64,000 nucleotides of DNA, from the NCBI RefSeq assembly GCF_009914755.1, contig NC_060939.1; one strand, given 5' to 3'. Below the pieces are notes generated by a model, which made no database searches, was not told the DNA's origin, and saw only the letters and a program-made list of their open reading frames with translations. Below are positions 13,477-28,874 of this stretch, piece by piece (position 1 is the first letter of the stretch; every line of letters starts with the position of its first letter). Made by a program: the position numbers and the translations under genes. Origin of the DNA: the human T2T-CHM13v2.0 reference genome, Homo sapiens.

Positions 13477-13885
13477 TGATATCGTTTGAATATGTGTCCC
13501 CACCAAATCTCATGTTGAATTGTAATCCCTCATGTTGGAGGTGGGGCCTGGTGGGAGGTGTTTGGGTCATGGCGGTAGATCTCTCATGGTTTGGTGCTGT
13601 CCTCGTGATAGTGAGTGAGTTCTCATGAGATCTGCTTGTTTAGATGTGTGGAACCTCTCCTCCTATTCTCTCTCTTTTGCTCCCTCTCTGCCACGTAAGA
13701 TGCTTGCTCCCCCTTCACCTTCCACCAGGATTGGAAGCTTCCTGAAGCTTTCCCAGAAGCCAAGCAAATGCCAGCACCATGCTTCCTGTAAAGCCTGCAG
13801 AACTGTGAGGCAACTACACCTATGTTCTTATAAATTACCCAGTCTCAGGTATTTCTTTATAGCAGTGCAAGAACAGCCTAACACA
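13477..13885 (+). mobile_element. MST (MSTB-like) MaLR solo LTR
   Basis: tgatatcgtttg...ccaccaaatctcatgttgaattgtaatccc...ttctttatagcagtgcaagaacagcctaacaca; imperfect TSD gtact/gtatt. Confidence 0.9.
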
Positions 13886-13893
13886 GTATTTAA

Positions 13894-14177
<284 letters not shown>

Positions 14178-15984
14178 CACAGTAATTAATTTTAAGAAAC
14201 TGACTGACTGACTTGCATTCTGTAGTAAGGTGCATCGCCAGCTCACAGTTTACTTCCCACTGGGTCCCAAAGGGAAGGAAGCCCCTGGACAGGGGAAAGG
14301 AACACACTCCCGTAGTGCTGCCCGTCATCTGCTATGTGTGCAATCCTTCCTCCTGTCATCAGTCTCTCACTTTGGCTTTTCTTATAACTTATCATTTAGT
14401 GGTGTATTTCTGTCCTGTTACTCAGTCTATTCTCTTGCATTTTGCTCCAATTTCATAAACACCAAGTCTTCTTGTATTTTACTGATTGAGCCAAACTGTT
14501 CTGACTTTTTCTCTGGTTCTGACAACAGAGCACATGCCATTTATCACAATTGCCATATACTTTTCTTTGTCCTCCAAGTTACAGTTGCTGTTGTTCCCTC
14601 TGTACTCTTGCTTAACCAAAGTGCCCTCCATCCAGAACTAGTATTGAGTAGAGCACTCTGGAGCACCACTCACTCTCCACTTGGGTGCTGACTAAAATCT
14701 CTTCTCAGAGTCTCAGCTGCTATCAGTTTCATGTCAATTACCCTAGCCCAATTCCAAGTATTTAATACCAGTGATCTGCTAGACAAAAATTGGATGTTAT
14801 CCTAAGGCTACTGCCTAGTATGTGATAAATTAAATTTATACATAAAAACTACGCCCCATAGAATTTACCTGTCCTGAAGGACTCTTCTTGTAGGGACCGC
14901 ATCTCCCACAGTGACATTTGCTAAGGCGATTCCCCACCAATGCCACACAGTTATCCCATTACATGTACTCGACAACACCTGTGTCTGCTTATCTTTTTTT
15001 GGAAATACACAATTCCTAGCAATGTTAAAAAGTTAACTATTAATCAAGAGGAAATAGAAGGGAGAAACTAAATTCTGAGAGCCTCAAAGAACCTGCAGGT
15101 ACATAGTATGTTCTTAATCAGCCTAAAGGGTGATTCTCATGGGAGGCAGTCAGGGTGGAGAGTTGAGAGGGGGCTGGAAGAGCACAGAAAGCATCTTTTA
15201 ATTTAAACTCTGATGGCACAGCACAGATGATGGATTGATTTATCTCTTCTGGCTGCTTTCATCAATACTCCAGTTAGTGGAAATTGTTCCCAATTTGGCA
15301 AAAGTTTGTCAATGCTAGGGTTCATTTTTAACTTTTTCCATGACTTCATGGGGGGAAGAGTATTATTTAGATGGCATTTTAAACCAAACTCTTTACACGT
15401 GATTTCTCTTCAAGGAAATGCTATGCAACACATGAGAGGAAAGGAACATGGGACAAGCAGAAAGAGAAACACTATGTTAGAGTGAGATAGCAGGCAGCTA
15501 GGCTTCACCAGGGAATCGGTCATGGGTGCTGAGTCTTATTATGTAAACTAGTTCAACGCACCTCAATAGGCAGCTTCAGATTCTGCATACTTCCAAATTT
15601 ATTTGTATTCTGGTAACAGAATTGATTTAAAGTCTTTGGGTTTGCTTAGTTCTTTCTGGCCCACCTTCCTTTCCAGGTCAAAATCCTTCTCTCCACAACT
15701 AAAGTCACTTGTTCCCAGTAATTCTATCCTCTGCTTTAACTGGAATATTCCCTAGGCCTCTTTATCAAGTCCACTGTTTTCCCCAACCCTACCCCACAAT
15801 GACATATTCTAAGTATCTACTCCTGTTTCCCAGTCATTTCCAGCTGGCTTATCTATGGGCACTAAACATCCTCCTAGTTGCCCCTGAAACTCTGCAGCCC
15901 TCAGGAAATCATCCTGCTCTTGCCATTAGTTCTATTAAAAGCTTGTTTTTTGGTCTCCATTTTTGTTCCACTTTGTTTATTTTC

Positions 15985-16288
15985 ATTTTTTAAATTTTAT
16001 TTTATTTTTTCAGACAGGGTCTCACTCTGTTGCCCAGGATGGAGTACAGTGGTGCAATCACAGCTCACTACAGCCTTGAACTACTAGGCCTAAATGATTC
16101 TTCAGCCTCGGTCTCCTGAGTAGCTGGGACTATAGGTACATGCCACCATGCCCAGCTAATTTTTGTTTTGTGTTGTTTGTGTAGAAACAAGGTCTTGCTG
16201 TGTTGCCCTGGCTGGTCTCAAACTGAACTCCTGGCCTCAAATGATCCTCCTGCCTCAGCCTCCCAAAGTACTGGGATTATAGGAGTGA
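15985..16288 (-). mobile_element. AluJ
   Basis: gacagggtctcactctgttgcccagg...atcacagctcactacagccttgaac (J diagnostics). Confidence 0.9.
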
Positions 16289-17663
16289 GTGAATCACTCT
16301 TCCAAGAGTTCCTATCCTAAACAGGCAAGTTCTAGTTCAATGCTTGTTACAGGACCAACACATCAGACACCTTTTCTAATGACTCTTCCAAAAATCAGCT
16401 CATTTACATTGTTTGGGGTTGCTTCATTCTGTTTTCCTCCAGTAAATATATAATGTTTATGGGGGAATTATTTATTTATTTGCTACAGTCTTCTTAGATT
16501 TTGCTTAAATTATTGAGTAAAACCAAGCCAACCCTACCTACCGGGGAAGAAAAGAGCTTTACCCTCCCTCCCTAAGCCTGTTGGATATGGAGACCCTGGC
16601 CCCTTCCCAGCCCCTGCTAGATTGGTCTCATGTGCCTCATTTTTGGCTTCTCACAGTCCCCTTCCTCAGCTTCTGTTTTTCTTGGACTTCTTCTTCCCCT
16701 AGGAACAGGATACAATCACCACAGCTCTCAGTGGGCTTATAGTTTCCAATAAGTTCACAAATACTCTAATTTTATTTGATGATTTCATAAAGAAGCAATG
16801 GGGTTTATAGTTCTTTGCAAAAGTTGTTTTGCATACCCAAGGTATGTTTGCAAAGTGTATCTGTTTCAAATAAACAGATAAAGAGCTATTCATAATAGCT
16901 ACTACTAGTTTCCACCTCTTTCTTAGGTGGTAAAGAGCCCTTCTGGTTCACACTGTACTCTAAGACTCAGTTTCTGAAACTCAAATCTCCTTAATTTTGG
17001 CATGGGGAATAAAGTCTGCCTAAACTTGCATGCTAGATGCTGAATTAAGCTACTTGGACTAAAGCCTAAAGCAGGATCCTAGGCTTGGCAAGATTTACAT
17101 ACACTGCCATCCAGAAACTGCTTCCTAGTTTTCCATTCAGGTACGGGTTCCTGGATCATGTACTCTAATTTAACTGTATGGAAGGGACTCCCCAAAAGCT
17201 TTCAAAGAATCTTTTCCTGAGCTCCAGATAAATGCGAAATAACACTGTCACACTTTTTGCATGCTCTCAAACTTTCCAGAGAGTCAGAGATGGACATTTA
17301 GCAAGCCACCCTTAAGGAATGTGGGCTTCCCACAACCCAGAATGATATTTCTCCAGTTGGTACAACAAGATGAAGCAGAAGCACCTTCAGAAGATTATGC
17401 TACCGAGAGCTGATGTTATCCAAAAATTAGAAAATTACCCTTTTCCCAGCCTCTACAATCATCCAAATTGGCCTCTAATCATTAGAAAGAGATATTTGGA
17501 AATCAACATGGAGTTAGTTATTATTCGTACATTTAACAAATACTAAGCTTCTAGTCATAGCAAGCATTTTCTAAGTACTAAGCACACATTGGTGACAAAA
17601 CAGGCCAGTCAAGTGCTATCAGGCTTATAGGTTTAGGAAAGAGATATACAAATAAGTTTCAAA

Positions 17664-18420
<757 letters not shown>

Positions 18421-18479
18421 TCTAAAAATCAATTAAGCCAATAAACCCATAAATTATTACTTGAAAAATAATGATTATT

Positions 18480-19540
18480 GCTCTAAAGGAATAAAAGACC
18501 GGGGAGTTACGAAGGATTAGTACACATAGGTGTGTGTCTCCTTAAGCAAGGTGGCCAGTGAAGGTTTTGCAGAGGCAATACCATTTAATGGGGTGTCTGA
18601 ATGGAGAGAAAGAGCCACTCACAAGAACTGACATGGGAAGAGACTACTAGAGAGAAGGACCAGCTTGCACAAATGTCCTGGGGTAGGAAATACTTTGGTT
18701 TTTGGGAGGAACTCCAAGAAAACCTGTGTGAGGGATAATGATGTTCTATCGGGCCATATGCTCTCGGATAAGGAGCTCGGATTCTGTCCTCAATGTAGTA
18801 GCAATCCACTGTGGAGCTTGGAGCAGCAGAGCTATATGCTTTATTTCTTTATATTAATCTGGGATTGAAAAGGAAAGAGGGAAAGTTGGAAAATCAGAAC
18901 AGATGCCATTCCATGGCCCAGGCGATAGGATGTCAGAAGTAAAGATGGGTAGAAATAGACGGATGTGATTTTTATGTTTGAGATGGACCTCATCAGGACT
19001 GCTTTGAGATGAGGACTCTAAGGAGCGAGGTAGAGAGCAGAATGGGATATGACTCCCATATTCTAGATAAATCAGGTCGGTGAATTTGCTAACATGAGGA
19101 TGATTGAGGTAGAACCAGGTTTGGGAGGTGGGAGAATCAAGAGTCTCATTTTAGATACATTAGGTTTAAATGCCTATGAAACCAACAGAAGAGTGATGGA
19201 GCAGACAATTGAAATGTAGGATTGCAAAGGAGACTGAGGAGTAGTAACCAGAGGGGCCAAGGAAAACTCAGGACAGTGTGATAACACAGAGTTCTAGAAA
19301 AGAGAGACTTGTGAGAAAGTGGAGGATGCCCAGTGCTGCTGCTCTGTTGGGTAAGAAGAGGACTGGCAGATGGAGGTCAGTGCACCTGACAAATGCAGTT
19401 TCTACAGGATGATGGTGGAAGCCACACTGGACCAGGTCAAGGTGTGACAGGAGTGAGGATGTGAAGGATGTACATGGAGATAACTCAAAATTCTGTCTGT
19501 AAAGAAAAGCTAAGGGCGAGGCAATTTTAGGGACATGAGT
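18480..19540 (-). mobile_element. L2 LINE fragment
   Basis: Purine-rich degenerate L2-like sequence (ttttagatacattaggtttaaatgcctatga; tggtggaagccacactgga). Confidence 0.6.
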
Positions 19541-19547
19541 TGTAAGG

Positions 19548-19965
19548 AGTGTTCGTTTATCAGCTGAGATTAGATTTGGCTGCAAGTGATAGAAAAATAT
19601 AACAACAGCTTACACTAGGTAGGTGTCTATTTTTCTCTCCCATTGATAATGTTAAGAGGTAAGAAGTCCAGAGCTGCTATGGTGGCTCCCCAAACAATGG
19701 GGGCCAAGATCTTTCTCTCTCACAGCTCTGCCAACATCAGTATAGGAGGAAGTGATGAAGGGCTCAGATCCCTGCACTGAGGATGCTTCCAAGAGCTTGA
19801 AATACTGCATGTGTTTACTCATTCACACGGCCTCACCTAGCTGCAAGAGAAGCTGGGGAACATTGCCCGTTCCAGGTGTTCATGGACCCAGACAGAAGCA
19901 TAGATTCTTGTACCGAGAGAAGGAAACAATGGATATTGGAGGTCAACTATCATCTTTTGCCAAAT
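19548..19965. mobile_element. Old MLT1 (J/K-like) LTR
   Basis: tttggctgcaagtgatagaaaa...cacctagctgcaagagaagctgggga...atggatattgg. Confidence 0.6.
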
Positions 19966-20450
19966 TAGAAGTCAGCTATCATCTTTTGGGCTTGAGTTTT
20001 GTTTGTTTGGTTTAGGTGTTTATACTGCCTAGTGTGTACACTGATCCAGTAAAGAAGGTACATTAGATGCAGGAGAGTCATGACCCAAAGTCTACAGAAT
20101 TCTTCAGAAGGATGAGAGGATAAGATCTTAAAAAACAAAACAAAAAAAAACCCTGACCTTTGAAAACAGAAGCCACCTTTCATCAGTTGTAATCTTGAAG
20201 GAAAAAAGACGGTGTGGATATAGGTGAGTTAAAAAATTTAAAAATATTTAGAAAATGAAGTGAAAGATGAGGGATTTCTCAATTGATGGCATTTACTTTC
20301 CAAGTGAAAGTTGAGGCAAGGTCAGTTTAGTGTAAGCCACTGGTTTGAGTAGGGAGAAGACACTGTCTTGGAGACTCAATTCAATAGGGAGACTTTTTAA
20401 AGCTGCAGGACAGTGGTGAGAGTCCACTAGAGACATTAAGATTTTATTCT

Positions 20451-20627
<177 letters not shown>

Positions 20628-21754
20628 AAGATTTTATTCTTTCTAGTGAAACCAAGATTAGCCGGGATCAGCCACAATTAGCCAAGCGAAGCTGCCAGCA
20701 CAGGTGTGGAGAAGGAACACAGTGGTGCTAATCCAAGGTTGGGGTTCGGCAAGGCAAGTACTAAGAAAGACTAGAAAGTGCCAAGTTGTTACAGAAACTT
20801 GCAAGGAAATAATTTTAATCATCATTATCATCAATCAGTTCCAATAACAACTGTTTTTTATTGAACACTTCATTTGCATAGGGCATTTTTGACTTATAAG
20901 AATTGCCATTTTATAGCTTCACTTTATTTTTTAGCTTTCACAGTTAATGGAATATATTACTATACATGGAAAATTGTTCCTAATTTAAGCCCATTTCCCC
21001 AAATGTTATTACTTTTACCCCTGAAGAAAAATAATCTTGCCACTTCCTCTTCATCATTTCATACTCCTGTCACCTTGTACCTTCTTCCTCTGTAGAACAA
21101 TTTACTGAACATAGCTCAGATTCTATTGCTTATATCATTCATATTCCTCTTCTCTGAACTCCCTAGAAGTTCTCCGCCCCTCTTTGAAGTGTGGGACCAA
21201 ATCTGAATGCCGAAGGCCAGCTGAATGAATAAGGGAAAATCATCCCTTATTTAATTTACTCTCCAAAGGATAATGGTAGAGGCTTCATTTATACAATGTG
21301 TCATGAAAGGAAAGGTGGGGAAAGATGAAAGGGTAGCTCCACAATCTCAAATGTTCCCATTATGATGCAGGTCGGGTGGCCCTTAATAAGCTGCTTGAGG
21401 GCTTATTTGTATTTCTAGTGGCATTTCATTCTCTTGAAGGGGTTTTGCTGGGAGACTAGATTCCCAGGTCAACATACCTAGATGAAAACAAATGCTGTTA
21501 TCGATACCAAAATCCGTTCAGTGCTGTTTTGCTGAATTTCATATTTACATTGAGTCAATTATTAAGTAAACATGTGAGAGAACGTAAAAATTCCTTTCAG
21601 TGTTACTCTATGGGAAAAGTCACCCAAGTTGCAAAATGTGATTTATACTCATGTTGCATTAAAGGAGGCAGTAGATGGGCTGAATTGGAGGACTCCTGGC
21701 CTTTAATTGCCTTATTCCGAGAGTGTCTTCCCATGATATCTTGAACTGTCTCCT

Positions 21755-23960
21755 TTTTTTTTTTTTTAATTTCTACTTTTATTTTATTGTGGTAAGAACA
21801 CTTAACATGAAATCTACCCTTTAACAGATGTTTAAGTGTACCTTACAATATTTTAACTATCGGTACAATGCTACACAGTAGATCACCAGAAATTATTCAT
21901 CTTGCATAACTGAAACCTTATACCTATTGATTACCAACTCTCCATCTCTCCCTCCCCACAGGCCCTGGCAGCTACCATTCTACTCTCAGCCTCTAAGAGT
22001 TTGCCTATTTTAAACATCTCAAATGAGTGGAAACATGCAGTATTTGTCCCTTGCGACTAGTTTATTTCACCTAATATAATGTCCTCAAGTATCATCCGTG
22101 TTGAGTGGAAAATACAAACTCGTTTTCTCTATTGTCTCACGACATGCTTCTGACACCACACACTGGGGTGGTTTTCCCCACACATCAAGCAAGCAATCAA
22201 TTCTACAGCAGACATCAGCCGGGCACCCTGCAATTCAACTCTGACGTGATCTACCTGGAGACTGCCTCATATCCCACAGGTTGAGGGTTCCATCTCATGA
22301 GACTGCCTCCACTTCAGATGTTAATCACAAGCCCCAGGTTGTTTCACCTGTGCTTCTGATTGGCCAGCTATAAATCGGGATTTATAGCCAGTGACCCCCT
22401 CCCTGGGTCTGATTAATTTACAAGAGTGGCTCACAGAACACAGGAAAACACTTACATTTACGGGTTTATTATTCAAGGATACCGCGAGGGTTGCATATGA
22501 AAAAAAAAAGTCATAGGGCAAGATATGGGGGAAGGTGTGCAGAGCTTCCATTCTCTTTCTGGGCACACCATCCCCCAGGAGCCTCCAGCTTGCCCAGGTT
22601 TCCAGAAGCTATCCACACCCAGTCCTTTATGGTAATTTCATTACCTCATGACTGGTTATATCACTGGTCATTGGTGACCAACTTCACCTTCAGCCCCTCT
22701 CTTCTCCTAGGTGGTTGAAGGATGGATTTAAAAGTCCCAACCTTCTAATTCTCTCTTCATCTTTGCAGTGTTAAGTCCCATCCTGAAGCTATTAGGGACT
22801 GCCAGCCATTAGTCAAGCCTCAAGCATACAAAAACACACTTTTCTCTTTGGCGATTCCAAGAATTTTAGGAGTTATATGCCAGGAAGTGGGGACCAAGAC
22901 CAAATATATATTTCATAATATCACATATTGTCACATATTTTAGGAGTTCCTTCTTTTCTTTAGGCTGAATAATATCCCATAGTAGGTACATACCACATTT
23001 TATGTATACATTTATCTGCTGATGGACATTTCACTGGCTTCTACATCTCAGCTATTGTAAATAATGCTTCAATGACATGGGAGTATACCTTTGTGATCTT
23101 GATTTTAATTCTTTTGGATAAATACCAAAGTGAGATAGCTGAATCATATGGCAGTCCAATTTTTACATTTTCTAGAAACCTTCATACTGTTTTCCATAGT
23201 GGCTATACAACTTGGCATTCTTACCAACAGTGTTCAAGGGTTCCAGTTGCTCTACATCCCTCAACACTTGTCATTTGTTTTTTTGAAAATGGCTATCCTA
23301 ACAAGTATGAGGTACTATCTCTTTATGGCTTTGATTTGCATTTTTTATGATAAGTGATGCTAAGCATCTTGTTTTTCATATACCTGTTGGCCATTTATAT
23401 GTCTTCTTGGGAGAAATGTCTTTGCAATCCATAGCTCATTTAAACAATTGGCTATCATTATTATCATTATTTTGCTATTTAGTCATATAAGCTCTTTGTA
23501 TACTCTTGGCATTAATCCCCTGTTGGATGAATAGTTTGCAAATATTTTCTCCCATTCTGTAGGTTGCCTTTTCACTCTGTTGACTATTTCCTTTGCTGTG
23601 CAAAAGCTTTTGTTCCCCTTTGCCTACTTTTGGTTTTTTTGCTTGTGCTTTTGGCGTCATATCTATGAAATCATTTCCAAGACCAATGTCATGACATTTC
23701 CCCCCTCTATTTTCTTCTAGGAGTTTTACAGATTCAGGTCTTTAGCCCATTTTGAGTTAACTTCTGTGTATGGTATAAGATATAGGTACACTATCATTCT
23801 TTTGCATGTGGATGTCCACTTGTCCCAACACTATTTGTTGAAAAGACAATACTTTCCCATTGTGTGTTATTGACACCCTTGCCGAGTTGACCACAAATAC
23901 ATGGATTTATTTCTGTGCTCTCTATTCTATTCTATTCTATTGCTCTATATTTCTGTCTGG
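21755..23960 (-). mobile_element. L1MA (MA8/9-like) 3' portion interrupted by a MER21 LTR
   Basis: Poly-T, ttattgtggtaagaacacttaacatga 3' end, and ORF2-like antisense sequence (ttgcaaatattttctcccattctgtaggttgcc). Confidence 0.88.
22104..22925. mobile_element. MER21-family LTR
   Basis: ttctgacaccac...atctacctggaga...atcccacaggttgaggg...gggaccaagaccaaatatatatttcataatatcaca; splits the L1MA. Confidence 0.8.
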
Positions 23961-24354
23961 ACTTCTTCAATTTTTAATTCCTGTTACACTACTCTATCAT
24001 CAATTTCCTGGGAACCGTAAGAACTACTAAAACCTTTGCTTGTTTTGTTTGGTGATTCAATTTGTTATTGGGATAAAAGTATATTTCAAACTATTTCTGT
24101 AAGAACAGAATCTCAAAATACAAATGTTATTTTGTATATTATTTACAAATTCCCAGGCTATGAGCTTAATTTATGGTCATCTGCAAAAGGTAGAAAACAA
24201 GGTTTTGAGTTGAGTCTCAACTTGCCTGTCACTAAATTGTACAGAATAGATGGTAAGATGGATTCCTTGTGAGACATAACTTTGCAAGCCCCCAGGCAGG
24301 AAATTCACCCACTAGGACTTGGGAGTCACCCAAGTTGTATTTGTGCATCCCTTA

Positions 24355-24670
<316 letters not shown>

Positions 24671-24729
24671 GATTGCAAGACTTCCCTTTCCCTAGGCTCA
24701 TCAAAAAAGTAATTAAAGTAAGTGTATGT

Positions 24730-25120
<391 letters not shown>

Positions 25121-28100
25121 TTATAAATATCTGTAAATGCAAAGAGGCTCCAGATTTACCTTTTGAATAAAATCCAGAGTCACTACTATCTTAATTTTTG
25201 CATGAGTTATCTGCAAAGCAAATGAGAAGTAACTAACAATTTATTTAAATAGAAAGAAAATCCCCTCTGCTATTTATTATAAAACACTTCATTAATTTAT
25301 CACCGGAGTTATTGTCTCAAACTCACTAATGTCTTCTCTGGGCTACTTTTCATAGATTATTTCTTGTACATTTGCAAGACGTTACTGAGTCCCAGGCAAT
25401 GTCCCAGATGATCAGGGCATTTGTGGTACCTGGTATTTGGCTTCTATACCATGCTCTATAGACTAGATGGGGTGTGTCAAGGAAAGGATGTCTCCATTTG
25501 CCTTTGTCCTTAAGAAAGTGAGTAACTGTCTCTTTCCTTGCCTATTTCTTCCATGGAGAATTTACTGGCCCCAATTTAAAAAAAAAAAAACTCCTACCAC
25601 ACTCCCATTTTCTGTAAGTGCAATTAGTTGCAGGTACAAAATTTGGAGCAAAGAGGCCTCTCGTGGCCTGTTGTGCCTGCAGTTATCCAACTGTGGCTGC
25701 AGTTTTTCAGTGCACAACTGATTGCACCCACAAAAAGAAAGGCTAAACTTTGAAAATGGGTCCCTTTAAGACAGTTGGGGGATTGCATGCCTCCGGTTGG
25801 CAAATTGCAATCTTTTATAGAGGCACAGCCATCACTCTGGCTCGCACTGCCAGTCTGAAATCCAGGTTAGGCATCTTGCATGAGGGAGAGACCTGGCTGG
25901 AGAGCAGGTGCACAGGACTCTCTCCTCTCCGCCCACCACTTGCCCCCCTTTCACCTTGAGCTACTCATGGACTATGCATTAGTATTCAGCATTCCTGACT
26001 CCATCTCCTGTTTAGTTCACCAGTCACTCTCCAAAAGGGTTTGCAGAGAGAAGCTCAGTCGGTCACACTGTCAATATAACACATTTAACCAACTCTAAAT
26101 TTGCTTTAAAGAGACAGCTACCAAGATTGACTTTTGCAAAGTGACTCACTCCACCACGCGGCAAAGCCGTCCGTTTGCTCTCGACTGTTAAGTGTGTCAC
26201 TGAGTACATAAGAAAGGGTTTTGAAGGAATTCCAGTGTGAATCCACTAATTCAATAATCCAATACCATAAATTCAAGTAATGGATATTAATACTATGTTC
26301 AAAACACGCTCACAACTTTGATATCTCTCTTTCTCAAACAGACAGAGCATGCGTCGTGAGAGGCTCCTGATGAAATAATAAAACCCAATTTTCATCTAGA
26401 AACAAGAATCATTATAGGAGGATGGTAATTTACTTTATATGACCTTCAATTGATTATTCTGTGGCTGCCACACAAATATCACAGGAGCTATTGATCGTAA
26501 AACCTACCAAATAGATCTCTAATAGCTTTTACTGGGCAAAAATAATTATGCTTGCACTGTGGTCAAACACACATAAACCAATGTGGAGGTATTAATATAT
26601 GGCATTATTACCCATCTGTCTGCTAGGCATGGAGAAGACCCTTCACGGGAACACTCTATGTCTAAGCTCCATGAAAGCTCAATATCCAAGCCAACAATTA
26701 CAGCCAGTTACACAGAAAAATTGATTACCGTAACTAAAAGCTAGAGCTGGAGAGTAGAGGCTGCAGCTTGCTTAAGAAAAGTAAAATAATAACAAGAGAA
26801 ATCCTAATTGAGGGGGAGTCCTGCTGCAGTGACTACCAGGACTCAGAAATTGCATTTCCCTGTGGTGTCAGCAGCCGAGTAACTTTTCAGAGTCAAGAGC
26901 TTTCTATCCAGCCTAGATCATGATCAATGATCAACACTCGTAAAAGGTCAGGGTGTCTAATCAAAGACCAGATCATCTATCTCTCAAGGTAAAGCGTACA
27001 ACATAATCCAGAAATGTGGCGCTGCTGGCCATGGAGAGTGAGAAAATCCAAGGGAAAGAGAAACTTCAGTTCCACTTTGGTGAACAGGAAGAATGTTCTG
27101 CTCATACAAAATGTGCAGCCAGCCTTCTGCGGGCGATCCTCAGTGGCTCAGGTGGGCCTGAAGGGGATGAACAAAGGCCACGCTCTGAAGGGGGAGCTTC
27201 TCCAACATGCTGGGCTTCCAGGTTCTGATAAAAACATTTTAGACTTCAAAATGTCACAGCAAGTCTATCACTTGCTCTCCAATTCCCGAAACTCAGTATT
27301 TTAAAAAATAATATGTAAATATAAATGCACCAACAGCAAATAACAAAAATCCCAAACTGCTATCGAGGTGTTAAAATGAGGAGTGATACATTTTAACAAC
27401 CAGAATGAATACACTAAAATGCTAATAGAACTGAGTAGTGGAAAAGAAACAAAAAGAGAGATCTTGTTTACCCAATGTGGGTTCTGTGCATATGCTTGAG
27501 TGGAGAGGGGAGACAACTGTGGGATGGGGGCATAAGTATATCCTGTGAAACAGAACAGAATACTATCCCAGGAATCCCGTTCATATATCTCATGAAATAG
27601 AATCAAATAATATCTCATGTAGCCCATGAAACAGAACAGGATTGGAATGCACAGCTGGATGGCTGCACATGCCAAGGATTGGAAAGGTTTTCCCAAAATA
27701 CCTATGTCTAACCCCAAAGTGCTTCTGCCTCCACCACACCCCAGACCAATCAAACCAGAGTATTAATTTTGGCATTTGTATTTCTTAAAACAAAAAACAA
27801 AAGCCTATGTGAATCTCACATGAAGACAGGTTTGAGAACCACTAACTTTAAAGGGAGAGACCCTTTTTAGGGAAGGGAGGTCCTTAGAGATGAGGAACCT
27901 CCGGTTTCCCAAGGGCACCTCTCCTTCTTCTGCAGAAATACAGCTCGCCTGTTTATTTCTCTTCCTTTTTGGCATTAGCAGTTCCAGTTGTTAAAGGCAG
28001 GAAAACTGGAGTCATTGTCTCTCTCTTTTTCATGATTTATGACTCAGAAGCAAGACAGGGGCAGGAGGTTGGAGGGTAATGCTTGCGGCTGTGGTTGCTG

Positions 28101-28874
28101 TTATTTTTATTTTGTATTTTTCTTAAAGAAAATAAAAGAAATATGCTTTTCTGAAAAATCTTGAAGCCTTGAAGCCACCTGCAGGGCTGTTGTTTTCCAA
28201 GGCCTTGCACTTACGTAATTGACATCTACATAGACACACTCCTGGAACATATCGGGGGAGGCAGGCATTCTGCTTGTTCTCATTTGTTCTCAAATTACAT
28301 GATAAAATACATGTTTTGGACCTTTTAAACCAAAGGGAGTTATTGAGCCCGCTTACAAAATCCATAACATGTTAGCAGGACTTATCTAGCTGCCTCCACA
28401 GAATAGCCAAGCAACTCTACACCCGCTTTAGCCCCCACAAAAACAAGCGGATTGCACTACAAATAATTTGCCTATTTGGAAAATGAAAGCTTCTCTGTAG
28501 TTTGAGGTCCTATTTTTTCTTTAAGTTGTTACAGTCTTTTCATGGTCCTTGAGGTCTAGGTTAGGTTTTTGTTTGGGGTAATTTTTGTATCCTATGGATA
28601 CTATTTAATCTTTAGTATTGAGTCAGTATTTCTCACTTAGGCCTTAGGGGAATACTGCCTGAAGTATGTAGGGGGCATGCGGAATTCAGACGTGGCTTGG
28701 AAACTGCACCATGGGTTCACCCAAGAAACAGACCAGAGGCAACACATTCTATCACTAAAACGTGTTCTCAGTTACACTTCCCTTCCAAAGGTAAGCATCT
28801 TAATTCTTCAACTTTTTAAGAGGCTAAACCCAGTGAGGGCCCGTATGTCCACAAATAGATGACACACCCATCCA

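Noticed and set aside
14230-14691. 153-aa plus-strand ORF
   Set aside because: Non-ATG start, low-information composition, probably old repeat-derived sequence
27108-27224. GC-richer block with minus-strand acceptor (tttttatcag|aacc) and an open frame NLEAQHVGEAPPSERGL...
   Set aside because: Only a weak donor (ttt|gtatga) and no recognisable homology; cannot support an exon call
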